The translations under genes and the position numbers were made by a program. A model generated the notes under the pieces. The model ran no database searches. It saw only the letters and a list, made by a program, of their open reading frames with translations, and was not told the origin of the DNA. A DNA stretch of 64,000 nt. It comes from Candidatus Bathyarchaeota archaeon (lineage in GTDB: Archaea > Thermoproteota > Bathyarchaeia > Bathyarchaeales > Bathycorpusculaceae). The DNA lies in assembly GCA_963775685.1 (NCBI GenBank), contig CAVZJV010000014.1, positions 2,112,001 through 2,176,000 of the forward strand, written 5' to 3'. Below are positions 1 to 10,820 of the stretch, in pieces (the first letter of the stretch is position 1; each line of letters begins with the position of its first letter).

Positions 1-10
1 ATCAAAAGCT

Positions 11-1954
11 TCAGGAAGTTGGGGACTGAGCCCTAAAGAAACTGCTAACTTCAGCCGCTAAGACTCCTTTTTTGTCAGGCAGAACTTTCATTCCGCTCGT
101 TATCCATGAAGGCAAGAAACTTTTGCAATAGGCGGTTGAGAATCGGTAGTCCAAAAAGACAATGGCGCCGCGGTCATCGAGCGTTCTTATGGGTCTGCCG
201 GCTGCCTGCGAAGCTTTCTTCATGGCGGGCAACACGTAGCCGTATTCGCGTCCCAGCCCCAGAAAACACTTGTCATAATATTCGATCTGAGCCTTGACCC
301 GAGGAGTTGGCTCGGCATAAGGCACCCCAACAATCAAGACCGAGTTCATTTGGTTGCCTGGAAAATCCACACCCTCCGAAGTCCTGCCGCCTTGCACACC
401 CAAAAAAACCGCACCGCCTTTTTCTCCACATGCTTTAAAGTCCGAGACCAGTTTCTCGTTTGCCTTAGAGGTCATGCCCCTCTTCTCATGGAACAACGGT
501 TTTAAAAGACTGTTCTCTAAGCCTTCAGTAAGCATCGAGTTTAAGACTTCAAACGACGAGGCAAAAATTCCTGTGTTGGTTGGGGTGCTGTTCACAACCT
601 CATTTATACGCTCAATCATCGTCTGGTACATCGCGGGAGTTCTTTTCTCCATAGATGTGGTGACTCCGCAACTGACGGCTGAGAAAACATGTTCTTTTGG
701 AAACGGCGAAGGCGCAAGAAATTTCACGGTGCTCTCGGGTAATCTTGTTATTCGTGCAAAAGCTTCCAGCGGCTGAAGCGTCCCTGACATAATGACATTG
801 GCATATGTAGACGAAAATACTGGCTGGGTAACCTTGGATGGGTCAAGCGCCACTATCTCAAGCTTTGCGGTTTTGTTGTTTTCTTTGTTAAAGTATCGGC
901 TTGCAACGTTAATGAATGAATCATCATGCATGGTATCATACCACCTAAGTAGGAACTCGCTCATCGAGTGGACGTAGGAGCGAGGGTTCTTGCCCTCAGC
1001 TAATAAGGTTTTCTTAATGCCAGCGCCAGCTTCATGCATGTGCTCAAAAAACTCTCGGGGACGGGGGATGTTTCCCTGCTTTTGGATGATTTCAATTATG
1101 CTATCTGCCGAAATAATCTGTTCTCGATTTACTTTATCGGTTATTTTTTCAACTTCAGTTCTAAAAAAGTGGGCAAATTCCTCGATGTCTTTGTTGCCAA
1201 ATCGTTCAGCTTCCATTTCTGCTGCCCTCATAACGAATAGAGTGAGATTGCTGCCCGAAATGTCAATGGCTGTTTCAGGCAAATTATGCGCTTCATCTAC
1301 AACTAGGATAATTTTTTGCAGTTCCGTTTCAAGGTTTTTAAGAAAAGCTGTGCGGATTACGGGGTCGAAAACGTAGAGGTAGCTTAACGCGATTACTTGG
1401 ACATCTGAGAGCCCTGCTTTTACGAGTTCGTAGGGGCAAACTTCTTTTTTTTTGCAGATCCGCTGGATTTCAGAGCCCATGTAGGGGCGGCTCGCCACTT
1501 GCTGCTGAAGCTGCATGTAATCGTACGTGCGTTTTTCCACATTAGTATAGTACGGGCACCGTCTCTTGGTTTTCAATAACTCGCAGACTTCCATAAGCGA
1601 CTTCGAATCAAAGGCGCCTCTTGAGGCGAAGACGTTGAGGCACATTTCATTGCGTCCGCGGATGGAGAGACCGGAAATTTGGTGTTTCCTGAAAACGGCT
1701 CTTAATTCTTCGATGACGCGATCATGCTGGCGGTGGGTTCGCGCCACGTAGAGGATTTTGAGTTTTTTCTCGATTGCTATAGGTAACACGGCGGAAAGTG
1801 CTGAGATTGTTTTTCCCAAACCATTGCTTCCTTCAATTAGAACCGATCGTCGGCTGCTTACGGCATTGTAAACAGTTGATATGAATTCGTCTTGGTGGGG
1901 ACGCACGCTATCGTATGGAAAGTACTCTGCGACTTGACTTGGCAGCTTAATCAT
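11..1954 (-). CDS. xpd: XPD/Rad3 (DinG family) Fe-S ATP-dependent DNA helicase
   Basis: Q-motif RPHQ, Walker A GSNGLGKT, Fe-S cysteines (CLN..C..CPYY..CPY), DEAH, SGT, SEGVDF and QAAGRPIR motifs. Confidence 0.92.
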   Translation of the reverse strand: MIKLPSQVAEYFPYDSVRPHQDEFISTVYNAVSSRRSVLIEGSNGLGKTISALSAVLPIAIEKKLKILYVARTHRQHDRVIEELRAVFRKHQISGLSIRGRNEMCLNVFASRGAFDSKSLMEVCELLKTKRRCPYYTNVEKRTYDYMQLQQQVASRPYMGSEIQRICKKKEVCPYELVKAGLSDVQVIALSYLYVFDPVIRTAFLKNLETELQKIILVVDEAHNLPETAIDISGSNLTLFVMRAAEMEAERFGNKDIEEFAHFFRTEVEKITDKVNREQIISADSIIEIIQKQGNIPRPREFFEHMHEAGAGIKKTLLAEGKNPRSYVHSMSEFLLRWYDTMHDDSFINVASRYFNKENNKTAKLEIVALDPSKVTQPVFSSTYANVIMSGTLQPLEAFARITRLPESTVKFLAPSPFPKEHVFSAVSCGVTTSMEKRTPAMYQTMIERINEVVNSTPTNTGIFASSFEVLNSMLTEGLENSLLKPLFHEKRGMTSKANEKLVSDFKACGEKGGAVFLGVQGGRTSEGVDFPGNQMNSVLIVGVPYAEPTPRVKAQIEYYDKCFLGLGREYGYVLPAMKKASQAAGRPIRTLDDRGAIVFLDYRFSTAYCKSFLPSWITSGMKVLPDKKGVLAAEVSSFFRAQSPTS

Positions 1955-2622
1955 TGCCTTTCTCCATCAGTAAAATATAGCCACAGTATGGTCTGCATTG
2001 TATAAATACCAATTGAGTTGATATCTCCATTTTTTTAAGCTTACTTTAGAATTGTTTTGGATCTCAGGTAAGGTTAATGCGCCTCATCATTACTCTTTTT
2101 GCACTTGCTTCTCCACTGCTCTCCAAATTGCGGTTTATGATCAGAAAGAATAACTTTCGGCATCTACACTATTTCTCAAGCACCATCAGCGGTTTGAGCC
2201 TTAGATATCTTATAATCAAACACTTTGCTGCGACGATAAATCTGCTAAAATTATCAAGTTCAAACCAAAAATCGATACCGCTTAAGATGCATATCTAAAG
2301 ATTTTTACAGTCAATCTGCTTGAGTATTTAACTTTGAAAGATACAATTGTTGTACCGAATCTGTTGTAGCAACATCTTCTACAGACCCCTTTTGTTGAAA
2401 CATCAAGCGCTTTAGCAAGAAAGAACTTCTATGTTTTAATCCCGTAGATGATCATTTTGGCGTTCCTTGGCCGGTTATTGTTTTCTTCAGATCCTTATCG
2501 TTTGCATCTTCACCAGACTCTTAAAACATGCAGTTTTGATTTTGTTCTTATAGGAAAGGTTTTTAGTATAGTTATTATATGAGACTGTGAAAAAGTGTAT
2601 AGTGTAAAGTGAGGTTAACATT

Positions 2623-3351
2623 ATGTCTGTATTTGCAGCACCAGGAGCATATGACCGTGCCATTACCGTTTTCTCGCCTGATGGACGACTCTTCCAAGTA
2701 GAATATGCGATGGAACTTGTGAACCGCGGAGCCACCATTATAGGCATCCAATCTTCGGAAGGATTAGTTTTGGGTTCAGAAGAAAACATTGAAGTCCTTG
2801 AAGAAGCAGGGTACTCATGGAAAATCTTCCGAGTAGACGATCACATTGGCGCAGCCATAGTCGGGTTAAGTTCCGACGCAAGAATTCTAATTGACCAAGC
2901 AAGAATCTACGCTCAAAGTAACAAACTAACTTATGACGAACCCATCGACATAGAAGTCGTAACAAAACGCATATGTGATATCCAACAGATGTACACCCAA
3001 CATGCAGGTGTCCGACCCTTCGGTGTTTCAATCATCTTCGGAGGAGTCGACAAAACTGGAGCCCGCGTGTTTGGAACACACCCGAGCGGAACCTATAGAG
3101 GCTACAAAGCCACAGCTCTTGGCGCAGGAAGAGAAACAGTCCTAAGCATCCTAAAAGAAGAATACAAAGAAGATCAAACCCTTGACACTAGCATAAAACT
3201 CACAGTTAAATGTCTAGTAAAAGCCCTCGAAGCACGACAGTTGCCACCAAGGATCAAAATCGCAATTATCCCAGCAGCCACACAGAAAATGGAAATGCTA
3301 AATGACAACACAGTGGAAGGTTACATCAAAGAGCTGGGTTCAAGCAAGTGA
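2623..3351 (+). CDS. psmA: Proteasome subunit alpha
   Basis: YDRAITVFSPDGRLFQVEYA signature; RPFGVS. Confidence 0.98.
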   Translation: MSVFAAPGAYDRAITVFSPDGRLFQVEYAMELVNRGATIIGIQSSEGLVLGSEENIEVLEEAGYSWKIFRVDDHIGAAIVGLSSDARILIDQARIYAQSNKLTYDEPIDIEVVTKRICDIQQMYTQHAGVRPFGVSIIFGGVDKTGARVFGTHPSGTYRGYKATALGAGRETVLSILKEEYKEDQTLDTSIKLTVKCLVKALEARQLPPRIKIAIIPAATQKMEMLNDNTVEGYIKELGSSK

Positions 3352-3358
3352 AAAAATA

Positions 3359-4048
3359 ATGAGTGAAAAGTTCACTGTCGCTCGCCTGACAAGAGAAAAT
3401 GAACATTTTGAAGTTCTAGTCAAGCCACAAAAGGCACTTGACTATCGAAACGGCAAAATCGCGGGGATAACCGAGGTTTTGGCCGCAGAAATGATTTTTT
3501 CCGACGCAAACAAAGGCACCAAAGTCTCCGAAGAAGCCATGAAAAAGGCGTTCAAGACAACTGACCCACTCAAAATTGCAGACGAAATCCTAAAAAAAGG
3601 AACCTTGCAATTAACAACCGACCAAAGACGAAAAATGGTCGATGATAAAAGAAAACAAATAATTGACTTCATTTCTCACCAAGCGGTGGATCCAAAAACC
3701 AATTTGCCTCATCCGCCTGCTCGTATAGAAAACGCCATGGAGCAAATCCGTTACCCAATAGATCCATATAAGCCAGTTGAAGAGCAAGCTAAAGAAATAG
3801 TTAAACTGCTTAGGCCAATCTTGCCCCTGAAAATAGAACAGGTAAAGGTTGCGATTAAAATCCCCACACAGTATGCGGCAAGAGCTTACGGCACAGTTAA
3901 AACGTTGGGCACAATTAAACGGGAAGAATGGCGCGGTGACGGTTCATGGTATGGTGAACTTGAGTTACCTGCTGGATCTTACGCTTCATTGTTAAACAAG
4001 CTAGGTGATGCAACCAAGGGAAGTGGAGAAGCAAAAATAATCTCATAG
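3359..4048 (+). CDS. sdo1: Ribosome assembly factor SBDS
   Basis: FEVLV, IFSDANKG, DPKTNLPHPPARIE motifs; conserved position after psmA; start moved to ATG 3359. Confidence 0.95.
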   Translation: MSEKFTVARLTRENEHFEVLVKPQKALDYRNGKIAGITEVLAAEMIFSDANKGTKVSEEAMKKAFKTTDPLKIADEILKKGTLQLTTDQRRKMVDDKRKQIIDFISHQAVDPKTNLPHPPARIENAMEQIRYPIDPYKPVEEQAKEIVKLLRPILPLKIEQVKVAIKIPTQYAARAYGTVKTLGTIKREEWRGDGSWYGELELPAGSYASLLNKLGDATKGSGEAKIIS

Positions 4049-4061
4049 TAATGGAAAAAAA

Positions 4062-4790
4062 ATGATAGGTGATTTTATGCCAACATTCTTTGAAAAAAAA
4101 CAGCTTGTCACGCCCGGGGAAATGCTCGCTGAAGGAGACTATTTGCCCGGCGAAAACACGTATGTGGAAGCAGGCAAGATTTATGCCTCAAGGATTGGAC
4201 TCGTAGATAGTGACAATAAAAAAGTAAACGTTGTCGCACTAAGAGCGTTTTACGTGCCAAAAATGGGTGATATAGTAATTGGAACAGTTACAGAAGTCGG
4301 ATTCAACGGCTGGACCATTAACATCAAAGCACCCTACACAGCTATGCTTCGAGCATCAGACGTTCTGAGCAGACCCTTTAAACCCCAAAACGACGAGTTA
4401 TCTCAAGTCTTAACGGCAGGCGACTTAATCGTTGCCAAAATTGCAACCTTCGACAGAGCACACGACCCACAACTCACTGTCGGCGAACCCGGACTGGGAA
4501 AAATTACTCGCGGGCAAATCCTACATGTGACACCTACGAAGATTCCGCGTATCATTGGACGCAAAGGGTCAATGATTTCGATGATTAAGCAGGAAACCAA
4601 TTGTCAAATCATTCTTGGATTAAACGGTGTTATTTTGGTCACAGGCAAAACCTTGGAAGAAGAGGAACTCGCCATATTTGTGATTCGAAAGATCGAGGAA
4701 GAATCTCACACTAGTGGTCTTACTGATCGCATAACCCAGTTGCTAAAAGAAAAGAAATTAGGTAAAGTGGAGGAAAACAAAGTTGAATGA
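4062..4790 (+). CDS. rrp4: Exosome RNA-binding protein Rrp4
   Basis: VTPGE, S1 domain YVPKMGDIVIG, KH motif RIIGRKGSM; start may be 4077. Confidence 0.96.
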   Translation: MIGDFMPTFFEKKQLVTPGEMLAEGDYLPGENTYVEAGKIYASRIGLVDSDNKKVNVVALRAFYVPKMGDIVIGTVTEVGFNGWTINIKAPYTAMLRASDVLSRPFKPQNDELSQVLTAGDLIVAKIATFDRAHDPQLTVGEPGLGKITRGQILHVTPTKIPRIIGRKGSMISMIKQETNCQIILGLNGVILVTGKTLEEEELAIFVIRKIEEESHTSGLTDRITQLLKEKKLGKVEENKVE

Positions 4791-5517
4791 AAAACAAGAG
4801 AAATTAATCGATAAAAAAGGCATCCGATTAGACGGTAGAAAAGCGGATGAACTTCGTCCCTTAAAGCTTCAAGTAGGTGTACTTTCAAACGCTGATGGCT
4901 CAGCTTATGTTGAACATGGAAAAAACAAGATTTTAGCCGCAGCTTTTGGTCCTAAAGAAGTGCATCCAAAACACCTCATGCAAGCCGATCGTATGGTTCT
5001 AAAAGTCCGATATCATATGGCGCCCTTCTCTGTACAGGAACGAAAATCTCCTGCACCATCCAGAAGAGAAGTTGAACTCTCAAAAGTCATCAAAGAATCC
5101 TTAGAACCAGCCCTATTCCTTGAGCTATACCCGCGAACAGGTGTCGACGTCTTCGTTGAAGTCCTGCAAGCTGACGGAGGAACAAGATGCGCAGCCATCA
5201 CCGCAGCCGCACTAGCCATTGCTGACTCAGGCGTTCCGATGCGCGACCTAGTTGTGGGGTGCGCTGCAGGCAAGGTTGAAGACACAGTGGTCGTTGACTT
5301 ATACGATGCTGAAGATAAACTCGGTGCCGCAGATGTTCCAGTCGCTTATATGCCAAGCTTAAATGCAATTACATTGCTACAAATGGACGGTATTTTGGAG
5401 CCAGCCGAATTCGAGAAAGCTGTAAACATGGCGATGGAAGGATGCAAGAAAATCTACGCGATGCAAAAAGAAGCATTAAAGACTAAGTATATGGTTGTTA
5501 AAGAGGTTGAAGAATAA
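4783..5517 (+). CDS. rrp41: Exosome exonuclease Rrp41
   Basis: RLDGRKADELRP, ADGSAYVE, QADGGTR phosphate-binding motif. Confidence 0.97.
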   Translation: MNEKQEKLIDKKGIRLDGRKADELRPLKLQVGVLSNADGSAYVEHGKNKILAAAFGPKEVHPKHLMQADRMVLKVRYHMAPFSVQERKSPAPSRREVELSKVIKESLEPALFLELYPRTGVDVFVEVLQADGGTRCAAITAAALAIADSGVPMRDLVVGCAAGKVEDTVVVDLYDAEDKLGAADVPVAYMPSLNAITLLQMDGILEPAEFEKAVNMAMEGCKKIYAMQKEALKTKYMVVKEVEE

Positions 5518-6308
5518 TGTCATCCCTTGTAACTAAAGTTAGACTACGGCAAATCGAGCAGCTAATCGAGAAAGGTAAACGCCTAGATGAACGAGGTTTA
5601 CTAGACACCCGCGAAATCAAAATCGAACAAGGTCTAATCGAGAAGGCTGAAGGCTCAGCAAGAGTCTATCTCGGCAAAACTGAGATTCTCGTCGGCGTTA
5701 AAGTCGGACTTGGCGAGCCGTTCTCAGACACTCCAAATGAAGGCGTCCTAACTGTAAACGCAGAACTCGTTCCAGTTGCTTCACCGCACTTTGAGCCAGG
5801 TCCACCAGACGAAAACAGCATCGAATTAGCACGTGTTGTTGACAGAGGCATAAGAGAATCAAAATGCATCGATAACGAAAAACTATGCATTGAGCCCGGC
5901 AAAAAAGTGTTCGTGGTCTTCGTTGACGTTTACGTTCTAAATCACGACGGAAACCTAATTGATGCTTCTGCAATAGCAGCCATGGCCGCACTGATGAACA
6001 CAAAAATGCCCAACTACGAAATAAAAGATGGCGAACTAAAAATCAAGCAAGGCTACACACCGCTCCCCGTAAAGAGTCACCCTGTAACGGTCACCACTGG
6101 CAAAATTAACAACCACCTAATCGTTGACCCTCAAGCCGAAGAAGAACAAGTCATGGATGCACGCATCACCTTCGCAACCAAAGAAGATGGAACCATATGT
6201 GCCATTCAGAAAGGCGGCTCAGGTTATTTCTCACCGCAACAGATTTTAGAAGCCTCAAAGATTGCTCTGGACAAAGCAGCAGAACTGCGCAAGAAACTCG
6301 ATTGGTGA
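5517..6308 (+). CDS. rrp42: Exosome subunit Rrp42
   Basis: KAEGSARV, FEPGPPDE, HDGNLID motifs; follows rrp41. Confidence 0.97.
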   Translation: MSSLVTKVRLRQIEQLIEKGKRLDERGLLDTREIKIEQGLIEKAEGSARVYLGKTEILVGVKVGLGEPFSDTPNEGVLTVNAELVPVASPHFEPGPPDENSIELARVVDRGIRESKCIDNEKLCIEPGKKVFVVFVDVYVLNHDGNLIDASAIAAMAALMNTKMPNYEIKDGELKIKQGYTPLPVKSHPVTVTTGKINNHLIVDPQAEEEQVMDARITFATKEDGTICAIQKGGSGYFSPQQILEASKIALDKAAELRKKLDW

Positions 6309-6316
6309 AATGAAAG

Positions 6317-6637
6317 TTGCCTAAGATGAAGAAAGTTGGTCCAACAAGAGGTTTAGGTGTACGTTACGGTTCAACAGTTAGGAAACGGTACGCTAAAGTA
6401 ATCACTGAACTCAAAAAACCACACCGATGCCCACAATGCGGCTTTACCCGTGTTAAACGCGTAAGCGTTGGCATCTGGAAATGCAGCAAGTGCGAGTACA
6501 CTTTTGCAGGCGGAGCGTACACACCAGTAACTAAGCTTGGTGTTGTGGCCAAGCGTGCAGCCAAAGGTGCGCCAGTTGAAGAAACGGCGAAAGCTGTAGC
6601 AACTGTTGAGTCGGCAACTGAAGAAGAAACCGAATAA
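6317..6637 (+). CDS. rpl37ae: 50S ribosomal protein L37ae (eL43)
   Basis: GVRYG, CPQC...GIWKCSKC, FAGGAY; TTG start; acidic C-terminal extension. Confidence 0.96.
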   Translation: MPKMKKVGPTRGLGVRYGSTVRKRYAKVITELKKPHRCPQCGFTRVKRVSVGIWKCSKCEYTFAGGAYTPVTKLGVVAKRAAKGAPVEETAKAVATVESATEEETE

Positions 6638-6716
6638 ACCCTTCTTTTCCTTTAATTTTATTTGTTTGCAAGTTTTTATTTATTAATTTCAAAACCTCTT
6701 AGCGTATGAATGCTCA

Positions 6717-6974
6717 ATGTCAACCAGCTCAAAAGCTGAAATACTCCTAAAATTTGCATCCCAAAAACATGTTGTAACGCTGCTGGATGCATTAACTCCT
6801 GAAGCAAATGCGTTAGTAACAAGGCGAGCAAATGTGAAACTAGAAAAAGACGGCTTAACTCTTCTGTTGACGGTTGAGGCAGAAGACACCGTTGCCCTGC
6901 GAGCGACTCTTAACGCTTATCTGCGTTGGATAAACTCTGCAGTCAACGTCATGGATACAGTTGAGCGCGCTTGA
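6717..6974 (+). CDS. pcc1: KEOPS complex subunit Pcc1
   Basis: ALTPE and AEDTVALRATLNAYLRWI motifs; exosome-operon position. Confidence 0.85.
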   Translation: MSTSSKAEILLKFASQKHVVTLLDALTPEANALVTRRANVKLEKDGLTLLLTVEAEDTVALRATLNAYLRWINSAVNVMDTVERA

Positions 6975-7433
6975 ATAGTTGCTTGAGTGAAACTATAGCC
7001 CCCTTATTTAAAGCAGATTTGCGCTAAGTTGAAATGTTACAACCCCTAACCGTCGCCTCACCTCCTCTTATATAAGAGGCTTACCAAAAGAGCCTCTATT
7101 TGAAATGTTGGGTCCTTATCTCGCTAGAGAAAACAATAATGTTATTCGATCCATCTAACGGTGTTCATAGATTTTAACATAAAGCAGAAATTAGCAAACA
7201 AACATTTTGATAACATTTAATCCTTATCTATTTTCCCCTACGGGTATTTGATTTTCAAGGGATCAAAAAGAATAGTTTTGCTTGGAGACAACTATTTTCG
7301 CTGGTTTTTAGAGGACGCTATCCAAACATGCTGGTTGCTGGATGTAAATTTTCTATTTTTTTTATTAACTTTTGTAAAAAACATTTATAAGAAAAGCTTA
7401 CCGTATAACCGAAAATAATCAGAGGATAATAAG

Positions 7434-9632
7434 TTGATGATTTTTGACAACAAAACCTTAGAGGCTGCAATTTTCGACATGGATGGAACCATGTTCGATA
7501 CTGAAAGGTTACGCTTTAAGATGCTAAAACAAGCCTCTAAGGAAATCTTCGGAAAGGAAATCTCAGACCAAATCCTCTACGATTCTCTGGGGGTAAGTGC
7601 TGTGACTGCTGAAAAGCTTGCAAAAGAATGTTATGGCGATGATTATCCTTATAAAAAAATAAGAGAACGAGCAGATGAGCTGGAAAGAGGATATGTGAGA
7701 AAAAATGGGGTCCCTGTTAAAGAGGGTCTTTATAATTTACTTGAACGCCTAAAGAAAAATGAGGTGCTTATCGCTTTGGCTACGTCAAGCCGGCGAGAAA
7801 TTGCTGAAGAATATCTGCTCAATGCCCGAGTGCTTAGATTTTTTGATATAACCGTGTGTGGTGAGGACGTCGAAAAAGGAAAACCTGACCCTGAGATATT
7901 TCTCAAAGCGGCAAGTGAACTCAATTGTGAGCCTGCTAACTGTTTTATTTTTGAAGATTCACAAAACGGTCTTTTATCTGCAAGTGCTGCCGGCGGAATA
8001 CCTATTTTCTTTAAGGATATAAAGGAACCCGATTCAGAGGTTAAGGTACTTGCGTATAGAGCATATGAAAAAATGACGGATTTTTTGGATGAACTTATTC
8101 AGCAGATGCCCAAACTGCCAATGCCGCATCTTAATGAGCATTTTCCACAAAGTGTAGGTCACACGGTTGTAGGAATACACGGGTTTGGTGCGATAGGCGG
8201 CGGTTATCTTGCACAAATTTTTTCCCACTGGGACGGATACACAAGACCGCACCAGATAATCGGAGCTACAAATAATCGTGTTATGCGCCAGTTGATAAAC
8301 GCGCTGGGCAAATACCAAGTGAAGTACGAAAGACTTGCATTATTTCAAAAAATAACAAACGTTACAATTATTGATATGAACGATGAAGTCCAGATGATTG
8401 ATATGTACAAAAAAGCGCAAATAATAGGGTTGTCTCTTACAGAGCAAGGCATTAGATTTCAGGCAAAGACCATTGCAAAAGGATTGATAGAAAGATATGA
8501 GCACACTGGCCAAAGCATCACTTTGCTTATTGTCATGAACAAAATTAATTCGGCAAGATATGTCAAAAATCATGTTGAAAACTCCCTCAAAGCACTCGGT
8601 GGTGAAGAAAAAACGAAAAAAATTATAGAGCGTTCATTTTTCACTGAAACAGTGGTTAACAGGATAGTGTCAAAAATACCTGACGATATTATTTTATCAA
8701 ACGTTCAAAAAGAATTACATCGAATGCACACCTGCATTTCCGAATATTCCCAAAGAATGAAAGAAATTTCTGAGGTTTTGTGTGCTTATTTTTCAGAAAT
8801 CAATTCCATTAAAAAAAGTAAATCAACAAAAGACGAAAATAATGAACTTTATCAGACAATTAACCTTGCAGGTAATGTTTCGTCTGTAACTCACTTCGCT
8901 CGTGAACTCTCAAAACTGAATGTTACAATGTTTAGTAGCGAACCCGATATGCCAATTTACGCAAATAAAGGCAGTCCCATTTTGGAGCGATTAAGACAAG
9001 TGGTGGTCGTTGAAAACATAAAATCAATGCAAAATATAAAAAATAAATTGTCAAACGGAACACATGCGATAATTGCATGGTATTCGGCTCTTTTAGGGTA
9101 CAAAACTATTGGTCAAGGTATGGGTGATTTAAGGGTGTCAAAACTTGCTGAACACATCATTATAAAGGAGATTAGACCAGCGTTGCTTATTGAAAATCCC
9201 AATTCTAAGCATTACATAAATTCAATAACCTCAAATTTTTTTAAACGTTGCCGTTCTTCGTTTAAAGATGCATGTTCAAGAGTTGGAAGAGATCCTCTGA
9301 GAAAACTTCAATTCGGAGAACGAATAATGGGCACAATCGAGTTGGCACAAAAACATGGATTAGATACCGGCGGCTTGGAATTTGGCGCCGCCTGTGCAAT
9401 TATGTATTCTGTTTTGTCCATAAATGAGCATGATATGGAAGCTTTAAAAATCAAACAGTTGTACGAAAAAAATCACTCTATTGCAGATGTTATTACATAT
9501 AATGGTGAGTATAATAAAACAAAATATTCAGGTCTCGACATAAACAAAGATGATCAATTAATTAAGAGGATACAAGAATCCTTTAATGAGTTAAAGAAAG
9601 AGTTGGCGTCTTCAGGCGTAAGAACGCAGTAA
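7434..9632 (+). CDS. mtlD: Bifunctional HAD phosphatase / mannitol-1-phosphate dehydrogenase (Acinetobacter MtlD type)
   Basis: N-terminal HAD motifs DMDGT, ATSS, GKPDP, FEDS; C-terminal HGFGAIGGG, TVVNR, KNKLSNGTHA and RVGRDPLRKL motifs of mannitol dehydrogenases. Confidence 0.85.
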   Translation: MMIFDNKTLEAAIFDMDGTMFDTERLRFKMLKQASKEIFGKEISDQILYDSLGVSAVTAEKLAKECYGDDYPYKKIRERADELERGYVRKNGVPVKEGLYNLLERLKKNEVLIALATSSRREIAEEYLLNARVLRFFDITVCGEDVEKGKPDPEIFLKAASELNCEPANCFIFEDSQNGLLSASAAGGIPIFFKDIKEPDSEVKVLAYRAYEKMTDFLDELIQQMPKLPMPHLNEHFPQSVGHTVVGIHGFGAIGGGYLAQIFSHWDGYTRPHQIIGATNNRVMRQLINALGKYQVKYERLALFQKITNVTIIDMNDEVQMIDMYKKAQIIGLSLTEQGIRFQAKTIAKGLIERYEHTGQSITLLIVMNKINSARYVKNHVENSLKALGGEEKTKKIIERSFFTETVVNRIVSKIPDDIILSNVQKELHRMHTCISEYSQRMKEISEVLCAYFSEINSIKKSKSTKDENNELYQTINLAGNVSSVTHFARELSKLNVTMFSSEPDMPIYANKGSPILERLRQVVVVENIKSMQNIKNKLSNGTHAIIAWYSALLGYKTIGQGMGDLRVSKLAEHIIIKEIRPALLIENPNSKHYINSITSNFFKRCRSSFKDACSRVGRDPLRKLQFGERIMGTIELAQKHGLDTGGLEFGAACAIMYSVLSINEHDMEALKIKQLYEKNHSIADVITYNGEYNKTKYSGLDINKDDQLIKRIQESFNELKKELASSGVRTQ

Positions 9633-9674
9633 CAGACATTTTTCGTTAACGGCTGATGGTAGTTTTTGGAAGAG

Positions 9675-9690
9675 AAGGTTTAAATAAATA
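9675..9690 (+). promoter_or_regulatory. Putative BRE/TATA promoter of the rps13 operon
   Basis: GAAGGTTTAAATAAATA about 55-65 nt upstream of the rps13 ATG. Confidence 0.45.
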
Positions 9691-9741
9691 CCGCCATATT
9701 TCGTATATGCTTTAAGTTAAAAAAACGGATGAAAATTTAGC

Positions 9742-10227
9742 ATGTCACAGCAGGAATATCGCTATATACTTCGTATCATGGGTACAGATGTTCAAGGTAC
9801 CCTTAAGACTTCTTACGCGGTAGCGCAAGTTAAAGGCTTAAGCTCAGCGCTCTCTAATGCCATCCTCAGAAAGGCAGGAGTAAACCCTGACCTTCGTGTT
9901 GGCTTTATAACAGAGTCAGACATCTCAAAGATCGAGGATGTCATCCGGGACCCAGTTAAATATGGTATTCCCGGCTGGATGTTTAACCGTCGAAAAGACT
10001 CAGACTCCGGAAAAGACAATCATATTTTGAGCGCTGACCTTGCGTTGAAGATTAAAACTGACATTGATGGAGCCAAAGAAATCAGATCTTGGCGTGGATA
10101 CCGCCATGCTTACAGCTTGAAGGTACGTGGTCAAAGAACAAAAACCACTGGACGAGCAGGCAAAGCATTGGGAGTTAAGAAGAAGACTCTAATGCAGAAG
10201 TCAGGTGGAGCTGAAGGAGGCAAATAA
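9742..10227 (+). CDS. rps13: 30S ribosomal protein S13
   Basis: [30 protein letters not shown]. Confidence 0.98.
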   Translation: MSQQEYRYILRIMGTDVQGTLKTSYAVAQVKGLSSALSNAILRKAGVNPDLRVGFITESDISKIEDVIRDPVKYGIPGWMFNRRKDSDSGKDNHILSADLALKIKTDIDGAKEIRSWRGYRHAYSLKVRGQRTKTTGRAGKALGVKKKTLMQKSGGAEGGK

Positions 10228-10229
10228 GC

Positions 10230-10820
10230 GTGGGTGATCCAAAGAAACAGCGTAAGAAATTTGATACTCCTCGTTTCCGGTGGCGTAAAGATGTTCTCCA
10301 AGAAGAGCTTAAACTCTTGGGGCAATTTGGCTTAAGAAACAAGCATGAACTCTGGCGACATAAAACTACTTTGTCCAAAAACAGAAGTATCGCTCGTTCA
10401 CTTATCAGCAAATCCACAGAAGAACGTGCAAAAATGGAAAATGAACTGCTCGCACAGCTCAAAAAGAAAGGCATACTACAGGAGACTGCGGTGTTGGATA
10501 ACGTTTTAGATTTAACCATCGAAGACATATTGGAACGTAGACTGCAAACAATAGTTTTCCGCAAAGGCTTAGCCAGAACCATTTTCCAATCGCGCCAACT
10601 AATCACACACGGACACATTACAATTGACGGTCGCCGAGTAACCATTCCCGGCTACATAGTGCCCAAAGAAGCTGAGGCAAAAATCGTTTATTCACCCGCG
10701 AGTGCAATTGCTGACCAAGTTCACCCATTAAGAGTTGGATTAACAGTCGTAGCTAAACAGCCCGAAATTAGGGCTCCTGCCAGAGGCCGCAGAGGCGGAA
10801 GAGGAGGCGGCAGATTCTGA
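10230..10820 (+). CDS. rps4: 30S ribosomal protein S4
   Basis: [28 protein letters not shown]; RGG-rich tail. Confidence 0.98.
   Translation: MGDPKKQRKKFDTPRFRWRKDVLQEELKLLGQFGLRNKHELWRHKTTLSKNRSIARSLISKSTEERAKMENELLAQLKKKGILQETAVLDNVLDLTIEDILERRLQTIVFRKGLARTIFQSRQLITHGHITIDGRRVTIPGYIVPKEAEAKIVYSPASAIADQVHPLRVGLTVVAKQPEIRAPARGRRGGRGGGRF

Noticed and set aside
1990-2540. ORF 2077-2298 or a gene remnant between xpd and psmA
   Set aside because: No recognisable motif in any frame; rpl15e and RNase P genes often found here are not visible
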